A DNA stretch of 64,000 bases from an uncultured Candidatus Rokubacteria bacterium. GTDB taxonomy: Bacteria; Methylomirabilota; Methylomirabilia; Rokubacteriales; CSP1-6. Below are positions 13,040-22,921 of the stretch, piece by piece. Position 1 is the first letter of the stretch. Every line of letters starts with the position of its first letter. Below the pieces are notes generated by a model. That model was not told the DNA's origin and searched no databases. It worked only from the letters and a program-made list of their open reading frames with translations. The stretch is taken from positions 64,001 to 128,000 of the forward strand of contig CAVVEU010000040.1 in NCBI GenBank assembly GCA_963747235.1, in the 5' to 3' direction. A program made the position numbers and the translations under genes.

Positions 13040-13956
13040 AGATCGGCTGTCACCTGCCGATGTTCGGCCCCATCGGCACGCGCCACAGCCTGCTCACCTT
13101 CGCGCGGCGCATGGAGGCCCTCGGCTACGACTCGCTGTGGGCCAGCGACCACGTGGTGATCCCGCACCGGATCACGACGCCCTATCCGTACAGCCCCACC
13201 GGCAAGTTCCCGCTGGCGCCCGAGGTGCCCTTCCTCGAGCCGCTCACCACGCTGGCCCTGGTGGCCGGCGTCACCGAGCGCGTGCAGCTCGGCACCAGCA
13301 TCCTGGTGCTGCCCCACCGGAACCCGGTCCTGGCCGCCAAGATGGCCGCCACCATCGACCATCTCTCGGAGGGCCGCCTGGTGCTCGGGGTGGGCGTGGG
13401 CTGGATGCGCGAGGAGATCGAGCTGCTGGGCGGCAACTTCGACCGCCGCGGCGCCTGGAGCGACGAGGCGCTCACGGTCATGCGCGCCTGCTGGCGCGAC
13501 GCGCCGCGCCGCGCACCACGGGGAGTTCTTCTCCTTCGACGAGATCGGCGTCTTCCCGAAGCCCACCCGCGGCGACATCCCGATCCTGATCGGCGGGCAT
13601 ACCCCGCTCGCCCTCCGCCGCGTCGTCGAGCTCGGCGACGGCTGGCACGCCGCGTTCATCACCGCCTGACGGCGCTCAAGGCCGACATCGCGCGGCTGCG
13701 GGAGGAGTGCGCGCGGCAGAAGCGCCCGTTCGACCAGATCACGATCAGCGTGCGCGCGGGCCTGTCGCTACGCGACACCCCGCTCGGCCCCGACCGCAAG
13801 CCCCTCCAGGGCTCCCGCGACCAGGTGATCGCCGACCTCGGCGCCTTCCGCGATCTCGGCGTCGAGTCCATGCTTCTCGAGACCCGCTATCGCGACCTCG
13901 ACGACATGATCGGCATCTACGAGACCTTCGCGGCCGACATCCGCCCGCAGCTCTGA
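13036..13956 (+). CDS. LLM-class (luciferase-like, probably F420-dependent) oxidoreductase; frameshifts ~13505-13665
   Basis: KIGCHLP, GYDSLWASDHVV, EPLTTLALVAGVTERVQLGTSILVLPHRNPVLAAK, RLVLGVGVGWMREE. Confidence 0.88.
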   Translation: MKIGCHLPMFGPIGTRHSLLTFARRMEALGYDSLWASDHVVIPHRITTPYPYSPTGKFPLAPEVPFLEPLTTLALVAGVTERVQLGTSILVLPHRNPVLAAKMAATIDHLSEGRLVLGVGVGWMREEIELLGGNFDRRGAWSDEALTVMRACWRDAPRRAPRGVLLLRRDRRLPEAHPRRHPDPDRRAYPARPPPRRRARRRLARRVHHRLTALKADIARLREECARQKRPFDQITISVRAGLSLRDTPLGPDRKPLQGSRDQVIADLGAFRDLGVESMLLETRYRDLDDMIGIYETFAADIRPQL

Positions 13957-13963
13957 CGATCCC

Positions 13964-13998
13964 CCCTCTCCCCTCTGGGGAGAGGGCAGGGCGAGGGG
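13964..13998. repeat. REP-like palindrome CCCTCTCCCC-TCT-GGGGAGAGGG plus CAGGGCGAGGGG tail between convergent genes
   Basis: Perfect 10-bp stem; related copy at 37035-37068. Confidence 0.65.
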
Positions 13999-14031
13999 CT
14001 TTGATGACGAGGAGCGTTGCTGACGAGGGGC

Positions 14032-14768
14032 CTACTTCGCGTCGTGGAAGATCACACCGAGCGTGTAGCGCTCGCCCGAGGTAATGCGACTCACCCCGTG
14101 GCGCAGCGTGACGCGATAGGCCCCGCGAGTGCCTCGGGCCGGCCGGTGGCGCGTCGCAAAGATCACGATCTGGCCGCGCTCGAGCGGAACCACCGACCCG
14201 GTCGACTGCGCCCGCGGCCGCTGCTCGACCAGCAGGAACTCGCCCCCGGTGAAGTCGACGCCCGGACGGCTCAGCAGGCAGGTCATCTGGAGCGGAAACG
14301 CCACCTCGCCATAGAGATCCTGATGCAGGCAGTTGTACCCGCCCGGCCTCGTAGCGCAGCAGCAACGGCGTGGGCTTCGTCTGCCCGTGCTCGGCGCAGA
14401 CCGCGAGGAAGCCCTCGAGATCGGCCGGGTAGCGTCGAATTCGTCCCGAGCGTGGCCTCCCAGCCGCTCGCGATCGGCGCGAGATGCGGATACGCGTGAC
14501 GCCGAAGCTCGCGCACGACAGGCGGCAGCGGGTTGGCGAAGTACTTGTACTCCCCTTCCCCGAAGCGGAACCGCGCCATGTCCACGCGGCTGCGGAAGCG
14601 ACGCTCGTCCGCGTAGAGCCGGATCAGCTCCGCGCACTCCGCGGCGGTGAGCAGCGGCGGCGTGGTGGCCCAGCCCCGCTCATCCAGGGCGCGGGCCACC
14701 TCCGCCCAGTCCACCCGCTCGAGCCGCGCCGCGATGGACGCGGCGGGCTTCAGGCGGCGGGCCGGCAT
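14032..14768 (-). CDS. 2OG-Fe(II) oxygenase, alkylation-repair-associated family (DUF2086/Oxygenase-NA-like); frameshifts
   Basis: RFRFGEGEYKYF, YNCLHQDLYG (HxD), DFTGGEF, EQRPRAQS, RHGVS..GERYTLGVIFHDA. Confidence 0.88.
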
Positions 14769-15478
14769 ACTTTGCACGGCCGGTACCCCACCGAGCGCGC
14801 GTCGTCCACCGAGGCGAACACCACCCGGTTGTCCGGCCGCATGTGGCGGCCGTGGATGCAGCCCACGCGGCACACGATGCGCGTGCTCGTGCAGCCCTCC
14901 AGCACCGGCGTGGTGCGCTCGAGCGCGGCCAGCCGGTCCTTCACCGCCGCGCCGAAGATGTAGCCGCCGAGGCCGCCGTCGCTCCGCCACACGCGATGGC
15001 AGGGCAGGATGAGCGGCACCGGGTTGCGGCCGAGCGCGGTCCCGACCGCCCGCACCGCGCGGGGATTGCCGATGCGCGCGGCGATCCACGCGTACGGGCG
15101 CGCCTCGCCGAACGGGATGAGCCGCGCGGCCTCCAGGACTTTCCGCTGGAAGTCCGGCACCGCGACGAGGTCCACCGGCACCCGGAAGAAGGCGCGCTGG
15201 CCCCGCAGGTACTCGTGGATCTCCTCCCGCGCCTGCTCGATCAGCTTCCGCGCCGCCGCGGTGGCCGGCTTCCCGGCCGGGCCGGTGCGCACGAGCGAGA
15301 TCCCTCGCGGGGTCGCCTCGATGCCCAGCTTGCCCTCGAGCCGCGTCAGCGCGGTCTCGGACTCCCGCGCCGCCGCCGCGAGCTTGCGCCCCATGTCCGC
15401 CGGCGACGTCTCCGGCCGGAAGTAGTCCGCCAGCAGCCGGTCGAGCTGGTCCTGCCTCTGTGTCTTGCCGTCATTCAT
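14750..15478 (-). CDS. ogt: O6-methylguanine-DNA methyltransferase fused to a C-terminal Ada-type zinc (methylphosphotriester) domain
   Basis: FQRKVLEAARLIPFGEARPY, AVRAVGTALGRNPVPLILPCHRV, GGLGGY; then CRVGC...GYRPCKVCRP. Confidence 0.9.
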   Translation of the reverse strand: MNDGKTQRQDQLDRLLADYFRPETSPADMGRKLAAAARESETALTRLEGKLGIEATPRGISLVRTGPAGKPATAAARKLIEQAREEIHEYLRGQRAFFRVPVDLVAVPDFQRKVLEAARLIPFGEARPYAWIAARIGNPRAVRAVGTALGRNPVPLILPCHRVWRSDGGLGGYIFGAAVKDRLAALERTTPVLEGCTSTRIVCRVGCIHGRHMRPDNRVVFASVDDARSVGYRPCKVCRPAA

Positions 15479-16007
15479 GGCCTGCTCCTCGCTTGCCGAG
15501 CTCATCCCGCAGCAGGGCCTTGCCCCGCGCGAGCTGGCTCTTCACGGTATTGATCGTGATGCCTCGGATCCGCGCCAGCTCCCCGTAGGAGAGCCCGTCC
15601 ACGTAGCGAAGGGCCAGGAGCACCCGCGCCTCGCGCGGCACCCGCTCGAACGCCCGGTGCAGATCGAGATAGGCGTCGGGCGGCCGGTGATTGCCGGACG
15701 AGAGCGGCCCGGGGGCCGAGCGCTCGTCGTGGGCGGTGCGGGTGGCGCGGCGGCGCAGCTCGTCCACGCACACGTTGGTGAGGATGCGGTAGAGCCACGT
15801 GGAGACGGCCCAGCGCGGGTTGTAGCCGGCCGCCCCCGCGTAGCACTGGAGGAACGCGCGCTGGACGGCGTCCTCGGCGTCGGCCCGCGAGCCGAGCAGC
15901 CGCCCCGCCACCGCCAGCAGCTTGCCGCTGTAGCGCTGGGCCAGGTCGCTGAACGCGCCCTGGTCCCCCCTGGCCACCCGCTCCATCAGCCCCCGCTCGG
16001 CGTCCAT
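15471..16007 (-). CDS. ECF RNA polymerase sigma factor
   Basis: Region 2 DAEDAVQRAF..STWLYRILTNVCVDELRRR; region 4 LRYVDGLSYGELA..NTVKSQLARG. Confidence 0.92.
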   Translation of the reverse strand: MDAERGLMERVARGDQGAFSDLAQRYSGKLLAVAGRLLGSRADAEDAVQRAFLQCYAGAAGYNPRWAVSTWLYRILTNVCVDELRRRATRTAHDERSAPGPLSSGNHRPPDAYLDLHRAFERVPREARVLLALRYVDGLSYGELARIRGITINTVKSQLARGKALLRDELGKRGAGHE

Positions 16008-16127
16008 CTCATGCCCTCATCGGAGATATACGCACAGCAGGGAGGAACGGGTGGAACCTTGAGCGCGACCCATGCTCATTTCTGCATGGCTTCAGAACGA
16101 CCAGGGCGGGAGAGAGAGAGAACAGCC

Positions 16128-16778
16128 CTAGATCTTCTCGCCGAGCTTCGCCCAGTCGTCCAGGAACTTCTTGAGGCCGATGTCGGTCAGCGGATGCTTC
16201 ATCAGCATCTCGAGCACGTTGAACGGCATGGTGACCACGTGCGCCCCCGCCTTGGCCGCGTCGATGACGTGGAGCGGGTTGCGGATCGAGGCGGCGAGCA
16301 CCTGGGTCTTGAAGCCGTAGTTCCGGTAGATCTCGCAGATGTCCCGGACCAGGTCCATGCCCACGTGGCCGATGTCGTCGAGACGGCCCAGGAACGGGCT
16401 GATGTAGACCGCGCCCGCCTTGGCGGAGAGCAGCGCCTGCGGGGCCGAGAAGCAGAGCGTCTGGTTGACGCGGATGCCCTCGCCGGTCAGGTACTTCACC
16501 GCCTTGAGCCCGTCCTTGGTGAGCGGGCACTTGACGACCACGTTGGGCGCCACCTGCACCAGCTCCTTGCCTTCCTTCACCATGCCGTCGAAGTCGGTGG
16601 CCACCACCTCGAGGCTCACGTCGCCCGGCACCACCCGGCAGATCTCCTCCACCAGGGGGCGGAACGGGCGCTTCTCCTTGGCGATCAGCGAGGGATTGGT
16701 GGTGCAGCCGTCCACCAGGCCCATCGCGACGCCCTCGCGCAGCTCGGCCACGTTCGCGCTATCCAGAAAGATCTTCAT
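16128..16778 (-). CDS. tal: Transaldolase (TalC/FSA-like short form)
   Basis: KIFLDSA, TTNPSL, SLEV (Glu), VVKCP (Schiff-base Lys), ISPFLGR (Phe, transaldolase-type), AASIR. Confidence 0.93.
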   Translation of the reverse strand: MKIFLDSANVAELREGVAMGLVDGCTTNPSLIAKEKRPFRPLVEEICRVVPGDVSLEVVATDFDGMVKEGKELVQVAPNVVVKCPLTKDGLKAVKYLTGEGIRVNQTLCFSAPQALLSAKAGAVYISPFLGRLDDIGHVGMDLVRDICEIYRNYGFKTQVLAASIRNPLHVIDAAKAGAHVVTMPFNVLEMLMKHPLTDIGLKKFLDDWAKLGEKI

Positions 16779-16792
16779 GCAGTCCTCCCCTG

Positions 16793-17168
16793 TCAGGCGC
16801 GCTCGACGCGGACCTTCGTCCCGGAGCGAACCGACTTGAACACGGTGGGATCACCCAGCACACGACCGAACACGTTGACCGGGCTCGCCGGCCGGATCTC
16901 GTCACCCCGGCTCGACGGCGTCGGCCCGAAGAAGATGCAGAACGCAGAGCCCGGGGGCCAGTAAGCCAGATCGCCCAGGTCCACCACCTCGCGGGCGTCC
17001 TCCGCCTTGGCCTTCACCGGGATGCCGAAGTAGATCTCGTCGCCCCAGGTCTCGCCCGGGGATGTCGAGCGGGAGCGCGTCCCAGACCGCCGCCGCCGTC
17101 TTCGAGGCGTTCAGGACCGCGTCGGCCGTGACACGGCCCGCGGTGATCCGGATCTTTCGCTCCGCCAT
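16793..17168 (-). CDS. Cyclophilin-like fold protein (TM1367/DUF369-like); frameshift near 17055
   Basis: [51 protein letters not shown]. Confidence 0.85.
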
Positions 17169-17236
17169 GTTGGATTCGTCCGCCCGCTCCGAGTGTAGCC
17201 CCGGGCCGCGGCGAGCGGCAAGGCGAAGCCCGGGCG

Positions 17237-18088
17237 TCAGATCCCGTGTCGGCGCCGGTAGGCCGCCAGCCGCGCCTCGAGGCCGCCGCGATCCGGGATG
17301 CCCGCGGCGCCGTCGGCCTCGACGGAGGCGGCCGCGCAGCAGGCGGCCGCCGCGGCCGCGTCCCACGCGTTGCCGTCCCGGTTGTAGCCGATGAGCAGCG
17401 CGGCCGCGAAGACGTCGCCCGCGCCGGTCGCGTCCTTCTCCACCGCCACGTCGGGCTCGACGCCGTAGCGCTCACCGTTGACGAAGAGGATCGCCCCGGC
17501 GGCCCCATGGGTCACCGCGCCGATCGGCACCTGCTGGAACCACTCGAACGCGTCCTTCTCGAACGGCTCGACGTCCTCGTGGCTCACGACCAGCGCCTGT
17601 ACGCGCGGCAGCACCAGGTCCGCGTCCTCCCACGGCTGGGGCGCCAGGATGCCGCCCTTGCCGCGCTGGCGCATCCAGCCCTGCGGCAGGGCCACCAGGG
17701 AGGTCTCCGGGAACGCGGCCGCGAAGCTCGGATCCACTTCGCCGGTCACCGGCGCGAGCGCGCCCAGCGAGGCGTCCTGCCACTCCTCGGGCAGCGCCTC
17801 CGCCTCCAGATCGGCCGCCCGGGCCAGCACCGCGAGCTCCCGCGTCCGCCCGCCGGCCTGCCCGATGCGAAACGTCGTGGTGCGCTCGGCGGACACGTTC
17901 ACCACCTCGATGCCGGCGGGGAGGGCGTCCCGCGGGAAATCGGGCCCGAAGGAGGTCAGCAGGCCCACGCGAAGGCCCAGCCGGTGGGCGGTCATCGCGG
18001 TGTAGTAGGCCGCGCCCCCGGGCCGCGTGCCCCGCGCGGTCTGGTCGAGCGTGACGTGCCCGATCGCGACGAAGTCCACCGGGCTCAT
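17237..18088 (-). CDS. PfkB family carbohydrate kinase
   Basis: IGHVTLD, PGGAAYY, VTHGAAGA, DATGAGDVFAAA. Confidence 0.88.
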   Translation of the reverse strand: MSPVDFVAIGHVTLDQTARGTRPGGAAYYTAMTAHRLGLRVGLLTSFGPDFPRDALPAGIEVVNVSAERTTTFRIGQAGGRTRELAVLARAADLEAEALPEEWQDASLGALAPVTGEVDPSFAAAFPETSLVALPQGWMRQRGKGGILAPQPWEDADLVLPRVQALVVSHEDVEPFEKDAFEWFQQVPIGAVTHGAAGAILFVNGERYGVEPDVAVEKDATGAGDVFAAALLIGYNRDGNAWDAAAAAACCAAASVEADGAAGIPDRGGLEARLAAYRRRHGI

Positions 18089-19233
18089 ATCGCCATCTGC
18101 TTCGCGATGATCTCCTTCATGATCTCGGAGGTCCCGCCGCCGATGGTCATGAGGCGGATGTCGCGGAAGAAGCGCTCGATGGGGTACTCGCGCATGTAGC
18201 CGTAGCCGCCGTGGAGCTGCACGCAGTCGTAGGCGACCTTCTGGGCCATCTCGGCGGTGAAGAGCTTCACCATCGAGATCTCCTTCACCGCCTCCTCCCG
18301 GTCCCGGTACTTGAGGCACGCCGCGTAGGTGAGCCAGCGCCCGGCCTCGATCAGCGTGGCCAGGTCGGCCAGCTTGTGCCGCACCACCTGCTTCTTCGAC
18401 AGCGGCTCGTCGAAGGCGTGGCGCTGCTGGACGTAGGCGATCGTGTCCTCGAGCGCCCGCTCGCAGCCGGCCACCGCGTGCAGGCCCGCCACCAGGCGCT
18501 CCCGCTGGAACACGCGCATGACCTCGTAGAAGCCCTTGCCCTCGGCGCCCAGCAGGTTCCCGGCGGGCACCCGCATGCCCTCGAAGGCCAGCTCGGCGGT
18601 GTCGGAGGCGCGGTTGCCCATCTTGTCGAGCTTGCGGCTCACCGTGAAGCCGGGCGTGTTCCGCTCCACCAGGAACATCGAGATCCCGCGGTGCCGCCGG
18701 TCCCCGCTGCCCTGGTCGATCCGCGCGGCCACGAAGTACAGATCGGCCAGCACCCCGTTGGTGATGAACATCTTGGAGCCGTCGAGCACGTAGTGGTCGC
18801 CGTCGCGCACCGCGCGGGTCCGGATGGCGGCCACGTCGGAGCCGCCGCCCGGCTCGGTCACCGCGATCGCGGTGAGGGCCTCGCCGCGGCAGATCGCGGG
18901 CAGGTACTGCTCCTTGAGCGCCTCGCTGCCCGTCCAGTAGAGATGCGGCGAGGCCATGTCGGTGTGCACCCCCACCGCCATCGCGAGCGAGGCGCAGCGG
19001 GCCCGCGCCATCTCCTCGCACAGCACCGCGGTGGTGAGGACGTCGGCGCCGGCGCCGCCGTACTTCTCGTCGTACTCGACGCCGAGGAAGCCGAGCGCGC
19101 CCATCCGGGGCCAGAGGGACTTCGGGATCTCGCCGGCCTGCTCCCACTCCTCGACGTGCGGCTCCACTTCCTTCTGCACGAAGGCCCGCACCGCCTGCCG
19201 GAACATCTCGTGGTGCTCGTCGAAGATCTTCAC
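18085..19233 (-). CDS. Acyl-CoA dehydrogenase
   Basis: AVTEPGGGSD, GSKMFITNG, QLHGGYGY, TIGGGTSEIMK; intact. Confidence 0.95.
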   Translation of the reverse strand: MKIFDEHHEMFRQAVRAFVQKEVEPHVEEWEQAGEIPKSLWPRMGALGFLGVEYDEKYGGAGADVLTTAVLCEEMARARCASLAMAVGVHTDMASPHLYWTGSEALKEQYLPAICRGEALTAIAVTEPGGGSDVAAIRTRAVRDGDHYVLDGSKMFITNGVLADLYFVAARIDQGSGDRRHRGISMFLVERNTPGFTVSRKLDKMGNRASDTAELAFEGMRVPAGNLLGAEGKGFYEVMRVFQRERLVAGLHAVAGCERALEDTIAYVQQRHAFDEPLSKKQVVRHKLADLATLIEAGRWLTYAACLKYRDREEAVKEISMVKLFTAEMAQKVAYDCVQLHGGYGYMREYPIERFFRDIRLMTIGGGTSEIMKEIIAKQMAI

Positions 19234-19243
19234 GCCGGCCTCT

Positions 19244-20761
19244 TCACGCCCAGCGGGCCTTGACCGCGTCGCGGTCGACCGCGCCCTCCGCGGTGCGCGG
19301 CAGGGCCTCGCAGAACGCCACCACGTGCGGCCGCTTGAAGCGGGCGATCTTGCCGCCCACGAAGTCGGTCACCTGCTGCGCGGTGTGCGCCCCCGGCGCG
19401 GCCACCTCCACCACCGCCTTCACCGCCTCGCCCCACCTGGGGTCCGGGATCCCGTAGACGCAGACGCCGGTGACGCCGGCCATCTGCATGATCACCGCCT
19501 CGACCTCCGCCGGGTACACGTTCTCCCCGCCCGGCTTGATCAGCTCCTTCTCCGGCTTGCGCTTGACGTAGTGCAGATACCCCTCGGCGTCGAAGCGGCC
19601 CACGTCGCCCGTGTGGTGCCAGCCGTTGCGGAAGGTGTACGCGGTGACGTCCGGCTGGCCGAAGTAGCCCTGGAAGACCAGCGGGCCGCGCACGACGATC
19701 TCCCCCGGCGTGCCGACGGGCACCTCGCGGTCGTAGTCGTCCACGAGGCGTACCTGGGCGGCGGGCACCGGCCGCCCGGAGGCGCCGGGCCGCTCGGCCA
19801 CGCGCTGGACCGTCACGAACCCGGTGGTCTCGGACTGGCCGAACCCGGTCCAGAACTGGGCCGTCGTCTTCTCGTGCAGGCGCTGGATGGTCTGGGGCGC
19901 GTCGAGGCCGGAGACGTGGGTCAGGCTCGGGAGCGCGCTGCCCGCCTTCTCGGCCGCGTCGAGCAGGCTCGCCAGCACCGGGGGGAAGTCGGAGACGTGG
20001 GTCACCCGGTGCCGGTCGATGAGCGCCACCGCTTCCGCCGGCTCGAAGCGCGACACGATCACGTTGGCGCCGCCCGCGTGCATGTGGGCCATCGTCATGG
20101 CGAGCGCGCTCACGTGAAAGAGCGGCAGGCCGACCAGGTACCGGTCCCGCGCGGTGAAGCCGAGGCAGCCGATCGTCGAGAGATTGCCCGCGATCACGTT
20201 GGCGTGGGTCAGCACCGCCCCGCGGGGCACGACGTCCACCGCGGCGGTCGAGATCACCGCGAACGGCGCGTCGGCGGGCATGTCCGCGGGCGCCGGCGCC
20301 GGGCCCCTGCGGTAGAGGCTCGCGAGCGGCGTGAAGCCGGCGCCGGCGCCCTCGCCGAGCTGGTAGCGGTGCGTCACGCCGGCGGCGCCGAGCCAGTCGC
20401 CGACCAGGGATTGCGTCGAGGCGTCCACCACCATCATGGCGGGCCGGGCCCGCTCCACCACCCGCTCGACCTCCTGCGCGGTGAGACGCCAGTTGATCGG
20501 ATAGGCGATGAGCCCCTGGCGCGCGCAGGCGCCGTAGAGCTCGAGGTAGGCCGTGTCGTTCTGGGCGAGAATGCAGATCCGGTCGCCCGCGGCGAGCCCG
20601 AGGCCGGCGAGCCCGGTGGCCAGCTCGTCCACGCGCCCCAGGAGCCCCCGGAACGACAGCGCGCGCTCGCCCTGGATGACCGCGGGCGCGTCGCCGTGGA
20701 CGGCGGCGCCCCGCGCGATCATGTCGTAGACGGTGAAGGTGTGGACGCTCAGCTCAGCCAC
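19244..20761 (-). CDS. AMP-dependent acyl-CoA synthetase with atypical P-loop
   Basis: [49 protein letters not shown]; intact. Confidence 0.9.
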   Translation of the reverse strand: MAELSVHTFTVYDMIARGAAVHGDAPAVIQGERALSFRGLLGRVDELATGLAGLGLAAGDRICILAQNDTAYLELYGACARQGLIAYPINWRLTAQEVERVVERARPAMMVVDASTQSLVGDWLGAAGVTHRYQLGEGAGAGFTPLASLYRRGPAPAPADMPADAPFAVISTAAVDVVPRGAVLTHANVIAGNLSTIGCLGFTARDRYLVGLPLFHVSALAMTMAHMHAGGANVIVSRFEPAEAVALIDRHRVTHVSDFPPVLASLLDAAEKAGSALPSLTHVSGLDAPQTIQRLHEKTTAQFWTGFGQSETTGFVTVQRVAERPGASGRPVPAAQVRLVDDYDREVPVGTPGEIVVRGPLVFQGYFGQPDVTAYTFRNGWHHTGDVGRFDAEGYLHYVKRKPEKELIKPGGENVYPAEVEAVIMQMAGVTGVCVYGIPDPRWGEAVKAVVEVAAPGAHTAQQVTDFVGGKIARFKRPHVVAFCEALPRTAEGAVDRDAVKARWA

Positions 20762-21550
20762 CGCTTCCGCCGCTTGTAGTGCTTCACGTCGCGGTAGGAT
20801 TTCCGGGCCCCCACCTCGGTGAGGCCGAGGTAGAACTCCTTGATGTCCGCGTTCTCGCGCAGCGCCTCCGCCGGCTGCCTTCCAGCACGATGCGGCCGTT
20901 CTCCATCACGTAGCCGTGCTCGGCGATGCCGAGCGCGAGGGTCGGCGTTCTGCTCGACCAGCAGCACGGTGAGCTTCTGCTCGCGGTTGAGCCGCTGGAC
21001 GATCTCGAAGATCTCCTCGACCAGCATCGGAGCCAGCCCGAGCGAGGGCTCGTCGAGCAGGATCGACCTGCGGGTCGGACATCAGGGCGCGGCCGATGAC
21101 GAGCATCTGCTGCTCGCCGCCCGAGAGATAGCCGGCCTGCACCGAGCGCCGCTCCTTCAGCCGGGGGAAGTACTGGTACACGCGCTCGATCCCCGGCGGT
21201 CACCCGCTCGCGGTCGCGCTGGATGTGGGCGCCCGCGATCAGGTTCTCCTCGGTGGTCAGGTGCTCGAAGACGCGCCGCCCCTCGAAGACCTGCACGACG
21301 CCCGCGCTGGACCATCTCGTGCGGCGCCAGGCGGTCGATGCGCTGGCCGTCGAGCTCGATCGAGCCCTTGGTCACCTCGCCGCGCTCGGTGCGGAGCAGG
21401 CCCGGAGATCGCCTTCAGGGTCGTGGTCTTTCCGGCGCCGTTGGCGCCCAGGAGCGTGGTGATGCCGCCCTCGCGCACGTCCAGCGACACGCCCTTGAGG
21501 ACGAGGATGACGCCGTCGTAGATGACCTCGATGTTGTTGAGGCTGAGCAT
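20749..21550 (-). CDS. Liv-type ABC ATP-binding protein (LivF-like), module B; frameshifts
   Basis: [21 protein letters not shown]-terminus [18 protein letters not shown]. Confidence 0.88.
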
Positions 21551-21564
21551 GGCGTCGGTGTCAC

Positions 21565-21585
21565 CGGAGGGGCGCAGCCCCCTCC
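21565..21585. repeat. REP-like hairpin CGGAGGGGC-GCA-GCCCCTCCG downstream of a binding-protein gene
   Basis: Perfect 9-bp inverted repeat in the intergenic gap. Confidence 0.55.
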
Positions 21586-21637
21586 GCTGCCCTGTCCTCC
21601 GTGACGCGGCGCAGGCCGCGCGATGGGAGCGGACGGC

Positions 21638-22894
21638 TTACTTGGCTTCCTTGATGTGCTTGGCCAGCACGTCCGGATAGGCCGCGAACCAGTCGGTGGC
21701 CTTGACGAACTTGCCGCCCTTGACCTGCCAGATCTGGACGAGCCCGCCGCCCTCGTGGTCGGTCGGCCGTGATCTTGAGCGGCGGCACCAGCCCGCCGAG
21801 GGTGAAGTTCGAGATCTTCTCGAAGCCGGCCTTCACGTCGGCGCCGGTGATCTTGCCGTCCGGCTTGGCCTTGAGCGCGTTGCGGATCGCCTCGACGTGC
21901 AGCGCCGCGATGAGCACGCCGCGGTTGTAGTAGCACGGTCGACGCCATCTCCTTCGGCGCCGTGCTTGCCCTCCTTCTTGTACATCTCGCGGATCTCGTT
22001 CAGCACCGGGTAGTCGGTGCCGACGCCCGCGAACTGCATCGTGTAGTAGCCCTCGGCGACGCCGCGAAGCCACCCGCGGCCTCGATGTCGGCCTCGGCCG
22101 AGGCCCACACGAACCCGACCACCTTCCGCAGCGGATAGCCGACCCGCTTGAGCTCCTTGATCGACACCGAGGGCGAGCGCCGCCGAACAGGTGGGCGATC
22201 ACGAAGTCGGCCCGGTAGCGCTGGGCGATGTCGAGCACCTGGGCGCCCATCTCCACGCCCGGGGGCGGCACCGCGAACGTCTTGAGCTGGAAGCCCTCCT
22301 GCCCGGCCAGGTCCTCGAGCACCGGGATCGGCTCGCGGCCCGGCCGGATTGTCGTAGAAGAGATACGCGATCTTCTTGCCCTTGAGGCTGCCGCCGAGCT
22401 GGTTCTTGACGAACTTCACCGCGGCGGCGCCCTGCGACCAGTAGGTGGCGGCGATCGGGAAGATGTACGGGTAGCGGATCCCGTCGGCGGCCGCGGCGCT
22501 GCCGAAGCCGGGCGAGGTGCCCGGGATCTTGTCCTCGGTCAGCTTCTGGGTCAGGGCGTAGATCTGCGGCGTGCCGTAGACGCCGATCGAGCACCGCGCC
22601 TTCCTTCTTGTGGCGCTCGTAGGACTCCATCGCCGTGCGGCACCTTGTACTCGTGGTCGATCTCGAGCGACCCGGATCTTGTGGCCCTCGACGCCGCCCT
22701 TGCTGTTCACCAGGGCGATGTAGTCGTGGAAGCCCGGGCACAGGTTGACGCCGACGATCTGGGTCGGCCCGGTGCGGTCGCACTGCACACCGATGACGAT
22801 CTCCTTCTGCGGCCGACGCGGGCGCCGGGGCTCCGAGCGTCAGGCCGGCCGACCAGCAAGCAGCGCCGACCACGTTGCCAGAAGCTCGCTTCAT
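21638..22894 (-). CDS. Liv-type ABC substrate-binding protein, module B; many frameshifts
   Basis: Signal peptide; QCDRTGPTQIVG, YPYIFPIAATYWSQ, YYNRGV, DHEGGG fragments across frames. Confidence 0.82.
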
Positions 22895-22921
22895 GGGTGC
22901 TCTCCTTTCCTTCGCGCACGC

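Noticed and set aside
13984-14031. Three 16-nt repeats as a mini CRISPR array
   Set aside because: Repeats are adjacent, degenerate and have no spacers; no cas genes are present.
16041-16058. GTTC direct repeat as a LexA box
   Set aside because: Spacing is N5, not the N7 of GTTC-N7-GTTC boxes, and no copy is seen before uvrA.
16109-16121. (GA)n microsatellite as a phase-variation switch
   Set aside because: Short, intergenic and not within a promoter spacer.
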